From: a virus
Reading direction: 5' to 3' (one strand)
Virus record (IMG/VR): IMGVR_UViG_3300025141_000031
DNA: 64,000 bases
Part shown: one piece after another, positions 60,352 to 64,000 of the stretch
How the letters are laid out: the number at the start of each line of letters is the position of its first letter
Position numbering within the stretch: the first letter of the stretch is position 1
Position numbers and translations under genes: made by a program
Notes under the pieces: generated by a model
Databases searched by the model: none
Told to the model about the DNA's origin: nothing
What the model saw: the letters and a program-made list of their open reading frames with translations, nothing else

Positions 60352-61188
60352 CTATGATTTATGAGTGCCTATGTACCCCCTCTTTGAATAGTTTTCATAC
60401 ATTGTAGCATAATGTGTTTTCATTATATTAACAACTTTGGTAATATTCTGGGTTTTCAGGCCTGTTCTTTCTCTTATAAGTATATAAAGCGCTTTTTTAT
60501 TAAAGTTTTCGATATTATCTCTAATACGAAATAATTCTAATAATGTATCTGCTACAATAATATCTCTTTTATTAGTAAAGATTTCATTCATATGATCTGT
60601 ATAATAATCAACGAATTGATTAGTGAAATCTGTAAGTCCTTCTTGGTAATCTGAATATGATGTTTCTACTCCTAAATCTCTTCGGTCGTCTATAACTGTT
60701 ATATCTGCACGTGCTTTCATCTTAGCATAATTAGCATTGTTTGCTATGATTAGATAATTTTTAGCTACTATACTAAAGTATGAAAAGGCTTTACCTTTAC
60801 CTAAAACATATTTATGTATTTTTTCATTTAAGAATGCAACTGTTTCACATTTAACATCTATATATGGTACATCAAAATAATAAAATTTAAATGTATGAAT
60901 AATATTTTCGGCTAACTTATCAAACGCATAATGTATATGTTCTCTATATATTTTATTACGCTTCATATGATCTGGTTCGGTATTATATGCTACAATTGCC
61001 AGATCTGTTCTATAAGTGAAATATTGTTTCTTGGTAGGCTTCCGGCCTCTTTTAGCTTTTTTTGGTAATAAAGATTCTGCTTCAATTCGTTCGTCGTCTT
61101 CTTTAAGCCATATATAAAATTTATCTACCGGTGATTGTCCTACTATGTATTCTTCTGATTTTTCTTCTTGATCTTCTTGGTCATGCAT
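60352..61188 (-). CDS. Late sigma factor (T4 gp55-like)
   Basis: YFT....AI..YN...KLAENII..FKFY...KAFSYFSIVAKNYLI resembles the gp55 region-2 motif (PFAYFTQI). Confidence 0.65.
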   Translation of the reverse strand: MHDQEDQEEKSEEYIVGQSPVDKFYIWLKEDDERIEAESLLPKKAKRGRKPTKKQYFTYRTDLAIVAYNTEPDHMKRNKIYREHIHYAFDKLAENIIHTFKFYYFDVPYIDVKCETVAFLNEKIHKYVLGKGKAFSYFSIVAKNYLIIANNANYAKMKARADITVIDDRRDLGVETSYSDYQEGLTDFTNQFVDYYTDHMNEIFTNKRDIIVADTLLELFRIRDNIENFNKKALYILIRERTGLKTQNITKVVNIMKTHYATMYENYSKRGYIGTHKS

Positions 61189-61475
61189 TAATTAACTCCA
61201 CGATTTAGGTCATCCATAACTTCTTTAATAAGTTTAAAAGATGTGCCTACTTCGTCTGATGCTTCGAATGCTCCTAATCTATCTGCATTTCTTATTTCAG
61301 AGTTGGCTGAATTTATTTTTGTTTTTAATCCGTCAAAGAAATTATAATGATTAAGATTAGAATTTTCTAACTCATCTATATAATCTGCTTGTTCTTCTTG
61401 TTTTCGTAACTGGTTTATATTAACATATAATGATATTGCTAATGCTATCCCTAATATAATAATTGTTGTTATCAT
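61188..61475 (-). CDS. Membrane-anchored coiled-coil protein
   Basis: N-terminal hydrophobic helix; GAFEASDEVG..F. Confidence 0.65.
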   Translation of the reverse strand: MITTIIILGIALAISLYVNINQLRKQEEQADYIDELENSNLNHYNFFDGLKTKINSANSEIRNADRLGAFEASDEVGTSFKLIKEVMDDLNRGVN

Positions 61476-62293
61476 TTGTTATCTCCTTTGTTATCTCCTT
61501 TGTTATCTCCAAATAAGTCATCAAACATTTTCATTGCCGCTCCAGCTTCACCATTTGATGCTACTTTTCCTAATTTTTTAAAATTAGGTTTTGATGATTT
61601 AGATGGACGGTTAAAAGACTTAATTGCATTTACTGTTGCTGTTTTTGTTTTTGCCCACATTTCATATTCAATTCTTGCGGCCATATGATCTGCTTGATGC
61701 ATTACATATCCTAAATTAGTTTTTAGTTTTGAATCAGCTGTTCTTGACATGTAATAAGGTTTATTAGCTTCATCATATAATCCATCAGTTAATTTAATAC
61801 CTAACATTTCATTCCAAGATATTTCAATTTTATAATGTTGTAATAACCAAATTGATAAATCATTTACTAATGTAAATTGGTTATTAGGATTAACTTTATA
61901 TACCTTCCCCATATTCTTTCTATGCCATTCTGAATCATTTGGAATATATGTTTCATTGCCTTCTCCAGGAAATCCCATTTTACCTATATCATGATTTAAT
62001 GCTACAAAGATTAATTCTTGTCTTGTATACCCTGACATATCTGCTCCCATTTCAGTCCAAAGATCGTATACCTTTTTTGCACATTCAATTACTCTTAAAA
62101 CATGATCTACATATCCGCCTTCAAATGCATTATGATAATGATCGATACTTGAAGCTGGTTGTAATGACATTCTTTCTTCTAGGTCTGTATACATTGCTAG
62201 AAGCTTTGATCTTCTTTCTCCTTGAAAGTTTTTGTTAATAACCTCTATTAGGTCTTCCCAATTTTGTACTATTTGTTCTGCTGTTAATTTCAT
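61472..62293 (-). CDS. HD-domain phosphohydrolase
   Basis: H.AFEGG...HVL; ALNHDIGK; HQAD. Confidence 0.85.
   Translation of the reverse strand: MKLTAEQIVQNWEDLIEVINKNFQGERRSKLLAMYTDLEERMSLQPASSIDHYHNAFEGGYVDHVLRVIECAKKVYDLWTEMGADMSGYTRQELIFVALNHDIGKMGFPGEGNETYIPNDSEWHRKNMGKVYKVNPNNQFTLVNDLSIWLLQHYKIEISWNEMLGIKLTDGLYDEANKPYYMSRTADSKLKTNLGYVMHQADHMAARIEYEMWAKTKTATVNAIKSFNRPSKSSKPNFKKLGKVASNGEAGAAMKMFDDLFGDNKGDNKGDNK
61475..61510 (-). repeat. 3 x 12-bp tandem repeat GGAGATAACAAA
   Basis: Read directly; encodes GDNK x3 and supplies the SD and the A of the next ATG. Confidence 0.95.
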
Positions 62294-62303
62294 ATTATTT
62301 ATT

Positions 62304-62939
62304 TTATATTATTTGATCTACTACACCTAAATCTAATGCTTGTTCAGAAGATAAATACATATCTGTTCTCATTTGATCTTTCCACCAAATAGCATCCTTT
62401 TTTGTTTTTTCTGCTAATAAATTATATACATCTTGTTCTACTTGTTTAACAAAATCTACTGTTGCTGTAACATCTCCTAATTTACCTGATATCATTGATG
62501 AGGCTTGATGAAACATTATAGTTGAATTTTTACTTACCATTCTAGTTCCAGTACCACATGTTAATATTACGGATGCGGCTGAAAAGGCTTTGCCTCTACA
62601 TATTGTATTTACTCTTACATCTAATGATTTTATATAATCTATGATACCCATCATTTCATGAATGTCGCCACCTGGGCTATTTATCATTAAATTAATAGGT
62701 GCTGTTGGTTCTCCTGTATATTCTTTTGATTGTCTATATTTTAATATACGTCTAATTCTAATCATTAAATCAAATAGTGTATGACCTTCTATTTCATCAT
62801 TGAGATAAATAACAGAATCATCTAATTCGATTTGATTAGCTAATATCTCATTTAGTTCTGTATATGGAGAATTTTCTGGCAATGTTACTTGTTCGGTGGC
62901 TGGTTGTGGCCTTGGTCTTTCATCATAAATATTACTCAT
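62304..62939 (-). CDS. clpP: ClpP-like protease
   Basis: INSPGG, GKAFSAAS (Ser), IMFHQ (His), RTDMYLS (Asp), G.VDQI. Confidence 0.9.
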   Translation of the reverse strand: MSNIYDERPRPQPATEQVTLPENSPYTELNEILANQIELDDSVIYLNDEIEGHTLFDLMIRIRRILKYRQSKEYTGEPTAPINLMINSPGGDIHEMMGIIDYIKSLDVRVNTICRGKAFSAASVILTCGTGTRMVSKNSTIMFHQASSMISGKLGDVTATVDFVKQVEQDVYNLLAEKTKKDAIWWKDQMRTDMYLSSEQALDLGVVDQII

Positions 62940-62945
62940 ATGTAT

Positions 62946-62976
62946 AATATAATAAATTTTTTTCAGAATAACAAAT
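62946..62976 (-). promoter_or_regulatory. 31-nt class II promoter upstream of clpP
   Basis: ATTTGTTATTCTGAAAAAAATTTATTATATT, 6 nt before the ATG. Confidence 0.7.
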
Positions 62977-62980
62977 TATG

Positions 62981-63502
62981 TTACAGCTTTTTTAATTGTC
63001 TTTCTAATTTTCTCATTTTAACACCTCCTGCCCTAATATCTTTTTTAAACTTAGCAGTTTTTAGATTTCCTCTAACCATAACAATTTGGTTCATAATTGC
63101 AACTCGTAATTCATCCTTTTCACGTTTGGTTAATTTTTTCTTTTCAGGTTTAGGTTCGGTTGGTTTTAATGTACCTTTTAATTTAGGTTGTTCTTTACCT
63201 TTATGAAATACATTACCTTCTTTATCAACAAATTCTTTCATGAATTGCCATCCTCGTAACCTACCAGAAGATTTATATCCTCCTTTTATATCCGGAGGTC
63301 CTACTGTTTTGTTAACACATTTATAACATAGTACTGCTGTTGCATCTGGTCCTATTTCTGAATACTCATTACATCTTGGATGTTTTGATAAAATTTGCCA
63401 GCCCCAATATGATTTATCTTCAATACTGTTTCTACATATCATATATGTGATACCATCACGCTTTCGTGTTTTAAAATTATTCGTAATTTTTTTCTTTGCC
63501 AT
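62981..63502 (-). CDS. Basic hypothetical protein with a Cys cluster
   Basis: C...C...CYKC; RGWQFMKEFVDKEGNVFHKGKEQP. Confidence 0.65.
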   Translation of the reverse strand: MAKKKITNNFKTRKRDGITYMICRNSIEDKSYWGWQILSKHPRCNEYSEIGPDATAVLCYKCVNKTVGPPDIKGGYKSSGRLRGWQFMKEFVDKEGNVFHKGKEQPKLKGTLKPTEPKPEKKKLTKREKDELRVAIMNQIVMVRGNLKTAKFKKDIRAGGVKMRKLERQLKKL

Positions 63503-63503
63503 T

Positions 63504-64000
63504 TTATAAATTTTTAGTTTTTGCTGGACTAGGTATTCTTCCTTGTCCGGTTTTTTCTTTTGTATCTACTCCTGGGGTTGCTGAAAATTTCTTTTCTTTG
63601 TAAATATCTTCTTTTGGAATTTCAAGAACTTTATGTCCTCCTGTTTGGTCTATCTGGATTACCTTTTCCTTTTCCTTTTCTTCTTCTTCCATTACTTCAA
63701 TTACTGTATCAAGCCCTTTTGCAAATTGTTTACCTTCATTAACTTCTTCCATTTGTTTTTCTGTTGGTTCGACGGTCACTTCTATTTCTCCGCCATCAAT
63801 TGTAATCTCTTTTGGTTTTCTTATTTGTGCAAACGCCATATTGGCTGCTACTACAAGTGCAATTGCTAAAGGATCAAATACAAATATAATTAAAAGTAAA
63901 AAATAATTAACAACCTTATCCATTGGCCATCCAGTTGTCTTTGCTAAATATTTAAGGGGTCCTAATTCTCTTTGGTCTTCATTTGATATTTCTTTATCTA
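63504..64000 (-). CDS. Membrane protein, 5' end truncated by the window edge
   Basis: The frame stays open to 64000 (…ELGPLKYLAKTTGWPMDKVVNYFLLLIIFVFDPLAIAL). Confidence 0.7.
   Translation of the reverse strand, partial: DKEISNEDQRELGPLKYLAKTTGWPMDKVVNYFLLLIIFVFDPLAIALVVAANMAFAQIRKPKEITIDGGEIEVTVEPTEKQMEEVNEGKQFAKGLDTVIEVMEEEEKEKEKVIQIDQTGGHKVLEIPKEDIYKEKKFSATPGVDTKEKTGQGRIPSPAKTKNL

Noticed and set aside
61472-62293. HD protein as a DatZ-like dATPase (modified-base system)
   Set aside because: No PurZ or other base-modification genes in the window; the substrate cannot be inferred.
1-64000. Stop-codon reassignment, tRNAs, CRISPR arrays, introns/inteins, DGR
   Set aside because: TAA, TAG and TGA all end conserved genes at the expected places. 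Intergenic gaps are short with no cloverleaf or spacer array seen. TerL, portal and capsid are uninterrupted, and no reverse transcriptase is present.

Overview
This is a 64-kb segment of an AT-rich, large T4-like myovirus genome. All credible genes are on the minus strand, tightly packed and read with the standard code. It holds the virion morphogenesis region: TerL, portal, prohead protease, scaffold, major capsid, neck gp13/14/15, sheath, tube, gp26/gp51-like chaperones, baseplate gp6/gp25, a split spike and LamG/S74 fibres. It also holds primase, a fused SbcD-SbcC nuclease, a T7 endonuclease I-like resolvase, PhoH, ClpP, an HD hydrolase, a gp55-like sigma factor and a phage ribosomal protein bS21. 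A Bacteroidota/FCB host is inferred from the bS21 C-terminus and the promoter shape. Main observations: (1) a strong [S/T]-G-S enrichment confined to external virion proteins, a candidate modification sequon; (2) three tandem paralogous small domains, two carrying different cell-wall hydrolase cargos on poly-Gly linkers, plus a split spike carrying an M15 peptidase; (3) a probable +1/-2 programmed frameshift with a GC-rich hairpin joining gp26-like and gp51-like frames; (4) a two-tier expression programme, with 31-nt host-type promoters feeding SD-less or leaderless genes (including bS21) and 17 ATATTTAT late-type promoters feeding SD-led structural genes; (5) a putative protease-processed nucleotidyltransferase/ligase polyprotein. 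All family calls come from motif recognition by eye; no searches were run.
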